A stretch of DNA of 64,000 bases from a virus (IMGVR_UViG_2597490201_000002:12580-76579); one strand, 5' to 3'; shown: positions 26,987-35,925, counted from the stretch's first letter. The notes: generated by a model not told the origin, from the letters alone. Numbers and translations: made by a program.

Positions 26987-28096
26987 ATGGCCGTCGAGGA
27001 CAGCGTAGCGCAGGATCAAATCCGCGCCTTCGTCGAACGCATTGAGCGTCTCGAGGAAGAGAAGAAGGCAATCGCCGAAGATATAAAATCGATCTACAGC
27101 GAAGCCCGCGGAAACGGGTTCGACGTCAAGATCCTCCGCCGTGTCGTTGGCATCCGCAAACAGGACGCTAACGAGCGCATGGAGCAGGAGGCTATCCTTG
27201 AGCTCTACATGTCCGCCCTGGGCATGGTCCCTGCGCCGGATGAGGAAGTTTACGACGGTGAGCGCGAGCGCCTGAATTCGATCGCTGCTCAGCTGCGCGC
27301 CGCGCCGACCAAGCCAAAGGCTGATCCTCTGGCCGCTCTGCGCGCTGATCCGGCCCTCGCCATCGTCGAGGCCGCGGCCATCACACCGAAACCCCAGCCG
27401 ACCAAAGCGGCTGGCAGCGACCTGACCTCCCTTGCCCCACATGAGGGTCAGGTCGCACCAATTCAGCCGGAAACGGCGAACGAGGCAGGCGACGAAGTTG
27501 GTCACGTCGCCCTGGACGCTGCTGACCACAGCTTGGATGGAACCGGCAATGCTGCCACCCAGCACAACCCAGGAGGCGAAAATGTAGATGCTCCTGACGT
27601 ACCCGCGACCCATGAACATGACCGCGCAGCTGAGGCTGACGCGCCTGGTAAGCCGGCGGAGGTTTCGGCCTCTGTCGCTCCGGCATCCAAATACTCCGAG
27701 CCCGGCGTCGTAGTGTGGGAACACACTCCGCCCGAGCCAGTGCGCCGCCATCGATACAGCGAAGCTTTCGGGGTTCTCGGCCAAGACCTGGTTGTGATCG
27801 ATGACGACATCGCTGGCGCGAAGTCGGACCCGATCGTCCGCATCGGGAATGAAATCCTCGACGGCTGGGCCAGGTACAACGTCGCCCGCGGCATGATCGG
27901 CGGAAGCGGCATGTCTACGGAATATCCGGTCATGCAGTACGCGGGCACCGATCCGCTGCTCGACTGCATCCGCATGAACATCGCCGGCCGCGTGCTGTCC
28001 CCGAAGGACAAGCAGACGGTTGCTCAGCGTCTTATCGCCATCGAGCCCAAGCGTAAGGCTGAAATCCTCAAAGCGATGGCGGAGCTGGCGATATGA
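26987..28096 (+). CDS. GapR (DUF2312) domain fused to a linker and a ParB-N-like C-terminal domain
   Basis: [41 protein letters not shown]; C-terminal PIV....ILDGWARY. Confidence 0.85.
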   Translation: MAVEDSVAQDQIRAFVERIERLEEEKKAIAEDIKSIYSEARGNGFDVKILRRVVGIRKQDANERMEQEAILELYMSALGMVPAPDEEVYDGERERLNSIAAQLRAAPTKPKADPLAALRADPALAIVEAAAITPKPQPTKAAGSDLTSLAPHEGQVAPIQPETANEAGDEVGHVALDAADHSLDGTGNAATQHNPGGENVDAPDVPATHEHDRAAEADAPGKPAEVSASVAPASKYSEPGVVVWEHTPPEPVRRHRYSEAFGVLGQDLVVIDDDIAGAKSDPIVRIGNEILDGWARYNVARGMIGGSGMSTEYPVMQYAGTDPLLDCIRMNIAGRVLSPKDKQTVAQRLIAIEPKRKAEILKAMAELAI

Positions 28097-28506
28097 GGTC
28101 GCGCCACACCAATAGCTTTGTTCGCAACTGCTCTGCTGGGTTCGCACTCGTCTTTGCATTTGCCTTCGTGCTCGGCGTTGTTGGGGGCCTGACCTGATGT
28201 CAGCTTTTCCCGCCATCAATTATGAACCAGCCAGGCAGCCCCCAGATGGGGCGCACTCTGGGTTTCAGTTTCGGGCTGTCCCTCCGGCCCGAAGGCGAGT
28301 GTCGCCGCTTGCGATCCTCCTCCCCGTAAACCGGGGCACTCGCCAAATCATTCGAGGCCTTAGCCGCGCCAACGGCTGCCGGCCTCATACCTTCGCGCAT
28401 CAGCTGCCAGTGAAGCTCTTCGCTGCTGCGCTCATCCATCGTCGTTCACGCCTTTCGTCGTCCATCTCTCTCGTTGGCTTTGACGCTAACGAGAACGGAT
28501 TGACCT

Positions 28507-28917
28507 TTGCGCAAACATTCTTTGCTTCCGGAGCAAACCCCGATGACTGACTACACCGTCGTCGATGAGGCCGCCCATTGGGCTGACTGGCTGGTTCGCC
28601 GCGAACATCGCGGTCCCGGCGATACGGTCGAAGCCGCAAGGCAGCGCGCCGCCCGGAAATACAAGCTGCCCGAGCGTCTGCTTTGGGCGCTCCGCTATCG
28701 CAAGCCCAAGCGGATCTGGGCTGACCTTTACGTGAAACTTCAAGAGGCGGTCGAAAGCGAAATCGCCCGTCAGGAGAGGGCACTTGAGCACGACATCGCA
28801 ATCACCCGAGCCCGGCAGCTTACGCCGTCTGGCAGTGCTGCTGTTGCACAGGCTGAGGCTTTTCTGGCTTCGCCGCATCAGCCGGAAGCACGAGCGGCTT
28901 CCGACCGAGCCGCGTGA
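28507..28917 (+). CDS. Putative CII-like regulator
   Basis: RGPGDTVEAA..RAAR....LWALRYRKPK; start may be 28543. Confidence 0.6.
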   Translation: MRKHSLLPEQTPMTDYTVVDEAAHWADWLVRREHRGPGDTVEAARQRAARKYKLPERLLWALRYRKPKRIWADLYVKLQEAVESEIARQERALEHDIAITRARQLTPSGSAAVAQAEAFLASPHQPEARAASDRAA

Positions 28918-28938
28918 GAAACCCAAGGGGCCGCTCGA

Positions 28939-29145
28939 ATGAAGACCGCGCTCAAGCCCCAACTGACCCAGTGCGAAGGCAAGAAAGCCTACGCGACCTA
29001 TCACGAGGCAACAGCGCACCGCCTGAAGATGCACGGCCTCCAAGCATACCGCTGCCCGCACTGCGGACAGTTCCATCTCGGAAACAAGCCGAAGGGATTG
29101 GGGCGTCCTAAGCCTCCTCCGCCGGCGATCGAACTGGAGTTCTGA
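28939..29145 (+). CDS. Small zinc-finger protein
   Basis: C.GKK.Y...AYRCPHCGQFHL. Confidence 0.7.
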   Translation: MKTALKPQLTQCEGKKAYATYHEATAHRLKMHGLQAYRCPHCGQFHLGNKPKGLGRPKPPPPAIELEF

Positions 29146-29148
29146 TCG

Positions 29149-29343
29149 ATGTACCTCGACTTCGACATGTCGGTTTGGTCATGGCCGCAGTGGACGTTCA
29201 TGTCCATCTACGTGATCAGCGTCGTGATGGCGGCTTTCCTGCACGGTCATCGACGGACTGGCGAACATAGCTTCCCCGTTTCGATCACGATGTCGGCTCT
29301 GGGCATATTCGTCCTGACCGCCGGCGGCTTCTTCGGAGGCTGA
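29149..29343 (+). CDS. Small two-TM membrane protein
   Basis: GGAG RBS, two hydrophobic segments. Confidence 0.65.
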   Translation: MYLDFDMSVWSWPQWTFMSIYVISVVMAAFLHGHRRTGEHSFPVSITMSALGIFVLTAGGFFGG

Positions 29344-29344
29344 C

Positions 29345-29587
29345 ATGAACCGTTCTATGCCCAAGTCCCGTCAGCAGTTTCGCAAGGAACTGGCTATCGA
29401 AGAAGCCTTGAAATCAGGACTTCGCGCTCACGGCGTCACCCGTCATTCCCAGCGTGAAAAGCTCATGCGGAAGGCGGCATCGTCGAGGCCTGCCAATCTG
29501 CCCCAGATAGCCCGAGCGGAGTTGGCCAAATGGCGCCGCAACCGTGAAATCCAAAAGGCTCTCGATACTATCGCGGGGCAGGCATGA
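29345..29587 (+). CDS. Hypothetical basic protein
   Basis: GGAGG RBS, coupled. Confidence 0.6.
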   Translation: MNRSMPKSRQQFRKELAIEEALKSGLRAHGVTRHSQREKLMRKAASSRPANLPQIARAELAKWRRNREIQKALDTIAGQA

Positions 29588-30915
29588 CCATCCGGTACGG
29601 CAGCGTGTGCAGCGGGATCGAAGCGGCAACGATGGCCTGGCATGTGCTCGGCTGGGAACCGGCCTTCTTCTCCGAGATCGAGAAGTTTCCGTGTGCCGCG
29701 CTGGCTCACCACTATCCGCACGTCCCCAATCACGGCGACATGACCAAGTTCCAGGAGTGGTCCGACCATGCAATTGACCTTCTTGTCGGAGGAACCCCCT
29801 GCCAGTCGTTCTCGGTCGCAGGCCTCCGAGCCGGATTGGCTGACCCCCGCGGCAACCTCATGCTCACCTATCTTGCCATTGCTGCACGATATCAGCCCCG
29901 CTGGCTGGTCTGGGAGAATGTCCCCGGTGTTTTGTCCAGCAACGGAGGACGGGATTTCGCTGCCCTCCTCAGGGGGCTGGGGGAACTCGGGTATGGGTTC
30001 GCCTACCGAGTGCTGGACGCTCAGTTCTGTCGAGCACATGGCTACGATTTCGCCGTCCCCCAGCGTCGACGCCGTGTGTTCGTTATCGGATATCTTGGAG
30101 ACTGGCGACGTGCCGCAGCGGTACTATTTGACGGCCAAAGCATGCGGGGGGATCCTTCGCCGCGCCGAGAAGCGGGGCAAGCAGCTTCCGCCACAACTTC
30201 AGAGGGCGTTGGAAACAGTCGCCTTATCGGGGGCATAGACTACGAGGGCAACGGCCACGGCCCAGATGACGCTACCGGTCCGCTCTTAAAAGGTAGTTCG
30301 ACAGGTGGCGGGCACCCACTACCCGCGGCTGCATTTGCCGAACCCATCGTCCTCATGGAGCGCGGCCGCGGCGATGGTCCAAACTTGGAAACTCGCCAGG
30401 ATGGGACGGCTAATGCGATCCTGACGCCTAACGGCGGACGTGGTGGCTTGGGAGTTGGCGCGGTTGCCTATGGCATTCAGGCCGGCGCTCTACGCGATAA
30501 CCCGTCAAGCGGCCCTGATGGCGTAGGCGTTCAGTCCGACATTGCCTACACGGTCGAAGCGCGGGCCGAAGTGCAAGCTGTTGCCTTTGCGGAAAACAGC
30601 CGTGGAGAGCTTCGCTTGCAGGGCGGCGACGGCGCTGTCGCGCCACAACTGACCACAGGCGGCGGGAAGCCGGGCCAAGGCCAGCCATGCGTTGCAGAGG
30701 CTTGGCGCGTGCGCCGCCTAACGCCCCGCGAGTGCGAACGCCTCCAAGGCTTCCCCGACGATTTCACTGCCATCCCTTATCGCGGCAAGCCGGCTGCGGA
30801 TGGTCCTCGATACAAAGCCCTCGGCAATTCCATGGCCGTCAATGTCATGCGTGTGCTCGGCACTCGTATCGCGATGGTGGACGCCCTGGCTCAATCTCAA
30901 GAGGCAGCAGCATGA
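29584..30915 (+). CDS. DNA cytosine-5 methyltransferase
   Basis: CSGIEA, GGTPCQSFS, WENV, QRRRR, RRLTPRECERLQGFPD, KALGNS. Confidence 0.94.
   Translation: MTIRYGSVCSGIEAATMAWHVLGWEPAFFSEIEKFPCAALAHHYPHVPNHGDMTKFQEWSDHAIDLLVGGTPCQSFSVAGLRAGLADPRGNLMLTYLAIAARYQPRWLVWENVPGVLSSNGGRDFAALLRGLGELGYGFAYRVLDAQFCRAHGYDFAVPQRRRRVFVIGYLGDWRRAAAVLFDGQSMRGDPSPRREAGQAASATTSEGVGNSRLIGGIDYEGNGHGPDDATGPLLKGSSTGGGHPLPAAAFAEPIVLMERGRGDGPNLETRQDGTANAILTPNGGRGGLGVGAVAYGIQAGALRDNPSSGPDGVGVQSDIAYTVEARAEVQAVAFAENSRGELRLQGGDGAVAPQLTTGGGKPGQGQPCVAEAWRVRRLTPRECERLQGFPDDFTAIPYRGKPAADGPRYKALGNSMAVNVMRVLGTRIAMVDALAQSQEAAA
29768..30238 (+). CDS. Nested +1-frame ORF, candidate methyltransferase second polypeptide
   Basis: AGGAG upstream of ATG; protein-like C-terminus SLSDILETGDVPQRYYLTAKACGGILRRAEKRGKQLP. 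Confidence 0.68.
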   Translation: MQLTFLSEEPPASRSRSQASEPDWLTPAATSCSPILPLLHDISPAGWSGRMSPVFCPATEDGISLPSSGGWGNSGMGSPTECWTLSSVEHMATISPSPSVDAVCSLSDILETGDVPQRYYLTAKACGGILRRAEKRGKQLPPQLQRALETVALSGA

Positions 30916-30955
30916 CCCATCCATTCCTATCCACTGGGAAGAAGAGGGCAGGGGA

Positions 30956-31528
30956 ATGACTGCCTGGCCTTTCGGCGCAATGCCGATGTTCTCTTTCGAT
31001 GTCGTGATGGCCGATCCGCCGTGGTCCTTCGACAACTGGTCGGAGGGCGGAAACGCCAAAAACGCCAAGGCACAGTATGACTGCATGCCGACGCCTGACA
31101 TCAAGCGTTTGCCCGTTGGGCATCTGGCGGCAGGCGACTGCTGGCTGTGGCTCTGGGCCACCTATCCCATGCTCCCCGACGCGATCGAGGTGATGGACGC
31201 TTGGGGGTTCAGGTATGTGACCGCTGGCCCTTGGGTTAAACGCGGCACTTCCGGCAAGCTCGCGATGGGCACCGGCTATGTGCTGCGCTCGTGCTCCGAG
31301 ATCTTCCTCATCGGGAAGAACGGCGAGCCAAAGACCCATGCCCGAGATGTTCGCAACGTCCTCGAGGCGCCGCGCCGCGAACACTCCCGCAAGCCAGACG
31401 AAGCCTATGCCATGGCTGAAAAGCTATTCGGCCCAGGCAGGCGTGCTGATCTCTTCTCGCGCGAAACTCGCCCCGGCTGGACGTCGTGGGGCAATGAATC
31501 GACCAAGTTCGATGAGGTAGCAGCATGA
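30956..31528 (+). CDS. MT-A70-family adenine methyltransferase
   Basis: ADPPW, LWLWAT, WGFRY, REHSRKP, DLFSRE..WGNE. Confidence 0.93.
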   Translation: MTAWPFGAMPMFSFDVVMADPPWSFDNWSEGGNAKNAKAQYDCMPTPDIKRLPVGHLAAGDCWLWLWATYPMLPDAIEVMDAWGFRYVTAGPWVKRGTSGKLAMGTGYVLRSCSEIFLIGKNGEPKTHARDVRNVLEAPRREHSRKPDEAYAMAEKLFGPGRRADLFSRETRPGWTSWGNESTKFDEVAA

Positions 31529-31574
31529 CCTCCGTCCTCCAATCCCAGCACGAGCACTATGCCGAGGTGCGGCC

Positions 31575-32249
31575 ATGAATATGCGCTGGCTCCCTGAAGA
31601 ACTGTTCCTGCCGATGCACAGGGCTGTTGACCTTCAAACCTATCCGTCTTGGCGAAGCATTCTCGCTCTTGTGGCGATGAAGCACGGCGTAATGCAGCGC
31701 GATATCCTCGGGTCTTGCCGTTTTCGCCATATCGTCGCGGCGCGTCATGAGGCTGTCCTGCTGATCTTCCGTCACACCAAGCTTTCGCGCGCTGCAATCG
31801 GCCGTCGGTTCGGTCGCGACCATACGACTGTGCTTCATGTCCTTCGGAAGTTTGATGTCGAGGACAGACTGCTGGAAATGCCGCCTAGGCCGCAGAAAGC
31901 TGTGTCTGGCAGGCCTAACTATCGACATAGCCTCAGAGGCCCAGACGGGCGCTTCTTGGTCAAGGGGAGCGAGCCTCCGAAGTCAGAGCGCGCCAAGAGA
32001 GCTGAAGCGATTCGTGAAGCGATCAGGGAAGGCTATGCCGCGGGTGAAACGGCAATGTCGATTGCAGCCCGTTGCGGGTCGACGCCAGGTAGCGTCCGCG
32101 TCATTGCGCATCATATGGAACTCACCAGCAAAACCAAACCTCACCTGCGCCATCTGACGCCGCAACAGCGCGAAGATCATCGCGTTCTGGTTGAGGTTGG
32201 CCGATATAGCAGCGCTGCTGCTCTCGAGATCGTTGGATCGCGCTCATGA
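31575..32249 (+). CDS. Protein with DnaA C-terminal (domain IV)-like HTH
   Basis: IVAARHEAV....LSRAAIGRRFGRDHTTVLH. Confidence 0.82.
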   Translation: MNMRWLPEELFLPMHRAVDLQTYPSWRSILALVAMKHGVMQRDILGSCRFRHIVAARHEAVLLIFRHTKLSRAAIGRRFGRDHTTVLHVLRKFDVEDRLLEMPPRPQKAVSGRPNYRHSLRGPDGRFLVKGSEPPKSERAKRAEAIREAIREGYAAGETAMSIAARCGSTPGSVRVIAHHMELTSKTKPHLRHLTPQQREDHRVLVEVGRYSSAAALEIVGSRS

Positions 32250-33106
32250 GCCATGAGGCGACCAACTGGGCCGTGAAGCTGAAAGGGCTGAGGCCGATCG
32301 CAAAGATCGTGCTTTGGCACCTGAGCGACTGCCATAACCCCATTCAGGGGTGTTTTCCGACGCAAGACTATTTGGCCGAAATGGCAGAGGTGAGCAGAGC
32401 CTCGGTCAATCGCATCCTGTCTGAGCTTGAGCAGGCCGGCATCATCCGGCGTGAGCTACGCATTGATCCTGAGACGAAGCGCCGACTGGCGACCCGCTAT
32501 CGACTTGCGTTCGAAAAGGGGTTCGAACCACTAGATGTTGCGGTCCATGTCGCAGGATTGGACATGGATGAAAACGCCGATCCATGTCTCAAAAATGATG
32601 AGATCCATGTCTCAAATTCGGCAGTTTCCATGTCTCACAGCTCTGAGACACTAACCAGTAATAGAACCAGTAATGGAACCGGTAATTCCCCCCAACCCCC
32701 CGAAAACGGGGGGCATGGCTTCGCCGATATTTTGAATGTCTGGCCGAAGGAACATCGTGGTCGACGTGACAACGCCGAGGGCGCATGGAGCAAGCTTTCC
32801 AAAACCGACCGCACAGCAGCGACGACACTAGCCGAAGCGGTTCTCATCGGCCTCGTTCGCCGCAAACGCCGGGTACCAGCATTGGTGGTCTATCTGCGCA
32901 AGCAGCTTTGGGCGGAATACATCGATGCTCCAGAGATCGATACCGACGGCTATTTCGTCATCCGCCCTGGAACGCCTGAATGGAACGAGTGGCTTGGATG
33001 GGCACGCCGGACTGCCGGGGAGAAGGGCGTTGAGCGGGTCGTAAGGCAGGGCAAGCTGCTCACTCGCAGCCGCTGGCCAGAACCAGCAGAGAAGGGCGCC
33101 GCATGA
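32246..33106 (+). CDS. Replication initiator (N-terminal winged HTH), unit 2
   Basis: AKIVLWHLSD..CFPTQDYLAEMAEVSRASVNRIL; internal iterons. Confidence 0.82.
   Translation: MSHEATNWAVKLKGLRPIAKIVLWHLSDCHNPIQGCFPTQDYLAEMAEVSRASVNRILSELEQAGIIRRELRIDPETKRRLATRYRLAFEKGFEPLDVAVHVAGLDMDENADPCLKNDEIHVSNSAVSMSHSSETLTSNRTSNGTGNSPQPPENGGHGFADILNVWPKEHRGRRDNAEGAWSKLSKTDRTAATTLAEAVLIGLVRRKRRVPALVVYLRKQLWAEYIDAPEIDTDGYFVIRPGTPEWNEWLGWARRTAGEKGVERVVRQGKLLTRSRWPEPAEKGAA
32544..32686 (+). repeat. Iteron cluster, putative replication origin
   Basis: TCCATGTC(T/G)CA at 32544, 32581, 32604, 32627; AACC(A/G)GTAAT at 32653, 32665, 32677. Confidence 0.78.
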
Positions 33107-33378
33107 GCCCCCAAGAATGGCTTGATGCCAACGGTGGCCCGCGCCGCTTCCGACAAGGCGACACGGCCGATCCATTCAGTCTTCAACCCTGGCTCCAAAA
33201 GCGAGGATACGAGCTCCTCCTCGGTAAGAACCAGTTCAAGCTGAAGCCCATCACCAGCAAGCGGGTCAAAGGCGTCGTTCTCTCCCGTCCCGACTTTCTG
33301 GCCTTCGTCGACCAACTGCGGATCGCAGAAGGCCTTGAACCCATCATCCCATCCAACAAGAGGCAGCAGAATGGCTAA
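33103..33378 (+). CDS. Hypothetical protein
   Basis: ATGA coupling. Confidence 0.65.
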   Translation: MSPQEWLDANGGPRRFRQGDTADPFSLQPWLQKRGYELLLGKNQFKLKPITSKRVKGVVLSRPDFLAFVDQLRIAEGLEPIIPSNKRQQNG

Positions 33379-33955
33379 GGGCCGTCCCCGTAAATCGAAT
33401 GTCCGTCGTACCAAGTCCGGAGCGATTAGCCGCGCCGCCAGTGCCTACCATGAAAACGCCGAGGCTATAGCGCTGCGCATGCGCGTCTTCGGCCTTACCG
33501 AGATTGAAGCCCGCGATCAGAAGGCATCGACGTATGTCGGACGCCTCTGCCTGGCCGGTATTCGCAAATCAACCGACGGCATCAGCGAGGCCCAATACGA
33601 TGCGGCTGTGGCCTATCTGGAAGCCCAGCAGAACTTCAAGCGGGCTGTGAAATCGCCGGATGCGCTTTCGACCGGCAGCGGCGGCGCCAGCGGCCCGGAT
33701 GGGGCAGGGTACGATACTTGGTGCCAACGAGCAGTTGCGAAGTGGGAAGGAATAGAAGCGGCGATCCAAACCGAGCAAGGCTTCCATGAGAACCGCGGCG
33801 CCAACATGTGGGCCGCGCTGGACTATCTGCTATGCAGGGATCAGGGGATGCCGCATATGATCGGCGATCTGCGCTTGGCGCTAAACGCTGTGGGGCATCA
33901 TCTGGGGATGATCGCAAGACCAGTGAAGAAGCATCCTAATGCCAATGCAGCTTAG
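33371..33955 (+). CDS. Putative late-gene regulator (Q-position protein), unit 2
   Basis: Basic GRPRK N-terminus; last early gene before late promoter/terminator. Confidence 0.55.
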   Translation: MAKGRPRKSNVRRTKSGAISRAASAYHENAEAIALRMRVFGLTEIEARDQKASTYVGRLCLAGIRKSTDGISEAQYDAAVAYLEAQQNFKRAVKSPDALSTGSGGASGPDGAGYDTWCQRAVAKWEGIEAAIQTEQGFHENRGANMWAALDYLLCRDQGMPHMIGDLRLALNAVGHHLGMIARPVKKHPNANAA

Positions 33956-34039
33956 CCAGGTTTCATAGGAAATTATGAACACGCTTCCCATATTGTGCGT
34001 TGTGAGTAGTATCCGATCAAAAGTGAACCGCTGAGCGAT

Positions 34040-34306
34040 ATGGCCGTCTTCTTGGTGCTTGGGGAAAGCCGCCCCGATTTAGAATCCGCTGTGAGCACGA
34101 GATTTGCAAATGGGCAGTCGCTCAAGGTTGCTCCAGGCCAATGGCTTGTGGCCGGCAACTTCACACCACAAGGCGCGAGTGATTACTTGGGCGCAAGCGG
34201 TGGTGCTTATGGGCGCGTTATGATTAGTCTCGTGACCAGCTATTACGGTTGGCATGAGCGCAATATTTGGGACTGGATTGTTTTGAAGAGCAGTTCGAAT
34301 GGCTGA
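34040..34306 (+). CDS. Small accessory protein
   Basis: Lower-GC insert; ends SYYGWHERNIWDWI. Confidence 0.65.
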   Translation: MAVFLVLGESRPDLESAVSTRFANGQSLKVAPGQWLVAGNFTPQGASDYLGASGGAYGRVMISLVTSYYGWHERNIWDWIVLKSSSNG

Positions 34307-34706
34307 ATCTCGCAGCCGCTCCGGCGGTGGTCAGGAAGCAAATCCCAGCCGTGAGGGACGGCCTTCTGCTGGTGCTTACGACCAGATGCAGATTGTTGCT
34401 CAGGTCATCGACCTACGAATGGATGTTCGAGGGCTAGAAACCAAAACAGAACGGGCCATTAGCGATATCGGCGCCCTAACTTCCGAGGTGAAGACTGGAT
34501 TAAGTGCGGCGAACAAGTCGACCCACGCGGTGGAAGTTGACATGGCCAAGTTGGTTGAGCGTGTCAATCACCTGCCCAGTAAAGGCTTTATTGTCGGTGC
34601 GCTGCTGCTGTCACTGACGGTGATTGGTGCCCTCGTTATCTTCCAAGGGAACATCGCGAGGCTGGTTGGTGCGGCACCGGCTGTGAGCTCAGTCACTACA
34701 CGTTGA
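34299..34706 (+). CDS. Coiled-coil protein with C-terminal TM helix
   Basis: Overlaps previous gene; HLPSKGFIVGALLLSLTVIGALVIF. Confidence 0.7.
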   Translation: MAESRSRSGGGQEANPSREGRPSAGAYDQMQIVAQVIDLRMDVRGLETKTERAISDIGALTSEVKTGLSAANKSTHAVEVDMAKLVERVNHLPSKGFIVGALLLSLTVIGALVIFQGNIARLVGAAPAVSSVTTR

Positions 34707-34715
34707 CGTGGGCTA

Positions 34716-34810
34716 TTGACGGGCCTGCACAAATCACCCTAAATGCACGTAATGCGATTTTCAGACTACCGTCTGAAGAATGAGCCGCCCGGAAACGAGG
34801 CGGCTTTTTT
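34716..34810 (+). promoter_or_regulatory. Late promoter with leader hairpin and terminator (pR'/tR'-like)
   Basis: TTGACG-17-CTAAAT; ttcagac-tacc-gtctgaa; agccgcc/ggcggct stem + T run. Confidence 0.7.
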
Positions 34811-34847
34811 GTTGCTCGCAGATACCCCTCCATCGAAAGGCCTGCCC

Positions 34848-35156
34848 ATGATCCGCAAGTTCATTGCGATCGCGGCGCTCTGTCTGGTCGGCTCCATGGC
34901 TTCTATGGTTCCTGCCACTGCGGCGCCGTTTGATGACGTCTGTGTCCTCGATCTCTCCCAGCCCGCCACTGTTGACTATGCCATCGGCATTCCCGACGGC
35001 GAAGATTGCCCGGTCGTCGTTGCCGATGTTCGCCTCGATCCGACCAGTCTTGGCGGCGACCAGGGCGAAGCCGCTCCGGCCCTGTGCAGCATTGCTTCTT
35101 TCGCTCCGATCTCGCTGGCCTATCGCCATGAAGATCCGGGCCGCTGCTCGGTCTAA
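34848..35156 (+). CDS. Small exported protein
   Basis: Signal peptide MIRKFIAIAALCLVGSMAS. Confidence 0.55.
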   Translation: MIRKFIAIAALCLVGSMASMVPATAAPFDDVCVLDLSQPATVDYAIGIPDGEDCPVVVADVRLDPTSLGGDQGEAAPALCSIASFAPISLAYRHEDPGRCSV

Positions 35157-35263
35157 CCATTTAGAAGAGTCCCCTCGGTCGGGCGCTGCGGCGCTCGGCC
35201 TGTTTCTCCAGATAGCCATGGCCATCTCGACAAGCAGGCGCCCCAATACAGACATCGGAGAGC

Positions 35264-35419
35264 ATGATGGATCAGGTGAAGCGCATCGCTCGCGGCGCCC
35301 TCGGAGTGGTCGTCTTGGTCGGGATGCTCGTCGTGTTGTGCTTCGGCATGGCGGAGATGCAGCGGGAATATCCAGATGGCCTGCCGTTGCTGGTGATCCG
35401 CTCTACGCCAGCGAACTGA
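35264..35419 (+). CDS. 51-aa membrane peptide
   Basis: GGAG RBS; single TM; stop abuts HNH start. Confidence 0.5.
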   Translation: MMDQVKRIARGALGVVVLVGMLVVLCFGMAEMQREYPDGLPLLVIRSTPAN

Positions 35420-35797
35420 ATGACCAAGCTTACCATCCTCAAGCCCCGGCAAAGCAAGTGGGATGCTCGCAGCCCAGAGGCCGAGCAGTACCGAAAGCTC
35501 TACAAGACGGCGAGATGGCGACGAGTGCGTGCACTTCAGCTTTCGGAACAGCCGCTCTGCGAGAACTGTCAACGACATGGCAGGGTGACAGCGGCCACGG
35601 TCTGCGACCACGTAGACCCGAAGACGAAGCTCAACCCCGCGACGTTCTTCACTGGACCATTTCAAAGCCTATGCGACGATCCACGCTGGCGCTGCCATTC
35701 GAGCGTGAAGCAGAGCATCGAGAAGTCAGGATTCGTCAAAGGCGTGGCGGCCGACGGTCGCCCCCTCGACGCATCACACCCCTGGAACCGGGCCTGA
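35420..35797 (+). CDS. Terminase-associated HNH endonuclease
   Basis: PLCENC, ATVCDH, QSLC...CH; upstream of terS. Confidence 0.88.
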   Translation: MTKLTILKPRQSKWDARSPEAEQYRKLYKTARWRRVRALQLSEQPLCENCQRHGRVTAATVCDHVDPKTKLNPATFFTGPFQSLCDDPRWRCHSSVKQSIEKSGFVKGVAADGRPLDASHPWNRA

Positions 35798-35890
35798 CCG
35801 GACACCGGGGGGGTGGATGGAAAGTCTGGAGGCCTTCGGCCACGGACCGGTGGACACCCTTCGTACGCACTGCGAGCAGTTTGAAACATA
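35798..35890. other. Probable cos (packaging) region
   Basis: G-run-containing spacer between HNH and terS, as in HK97-like cos phages; exact cut site unknown. Confidence 0.5.
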
Positions 35891-35925
35891 AAAGTTGGGG
35901 CCACCCCCGTAGGGGGTGATGTGTC

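Noticed and set aside
26549-28219. 556-aa minus-strand ORF
   Set aside because: Antisense shadow of well-supported plus-strand genes in GC-rich DNA; no motifs
28200-28439. Small antisense ORF upstream of the CII-like gene
   Set aside because: Possible but unsupported: competing ORFs on both strands and no recognisable motif
34864-35919. 351-aa plus-strand ORF over the HNH region
   Set aside because: Arg-rich with no RBS or motif; region is explained by three smaller genes in other frames
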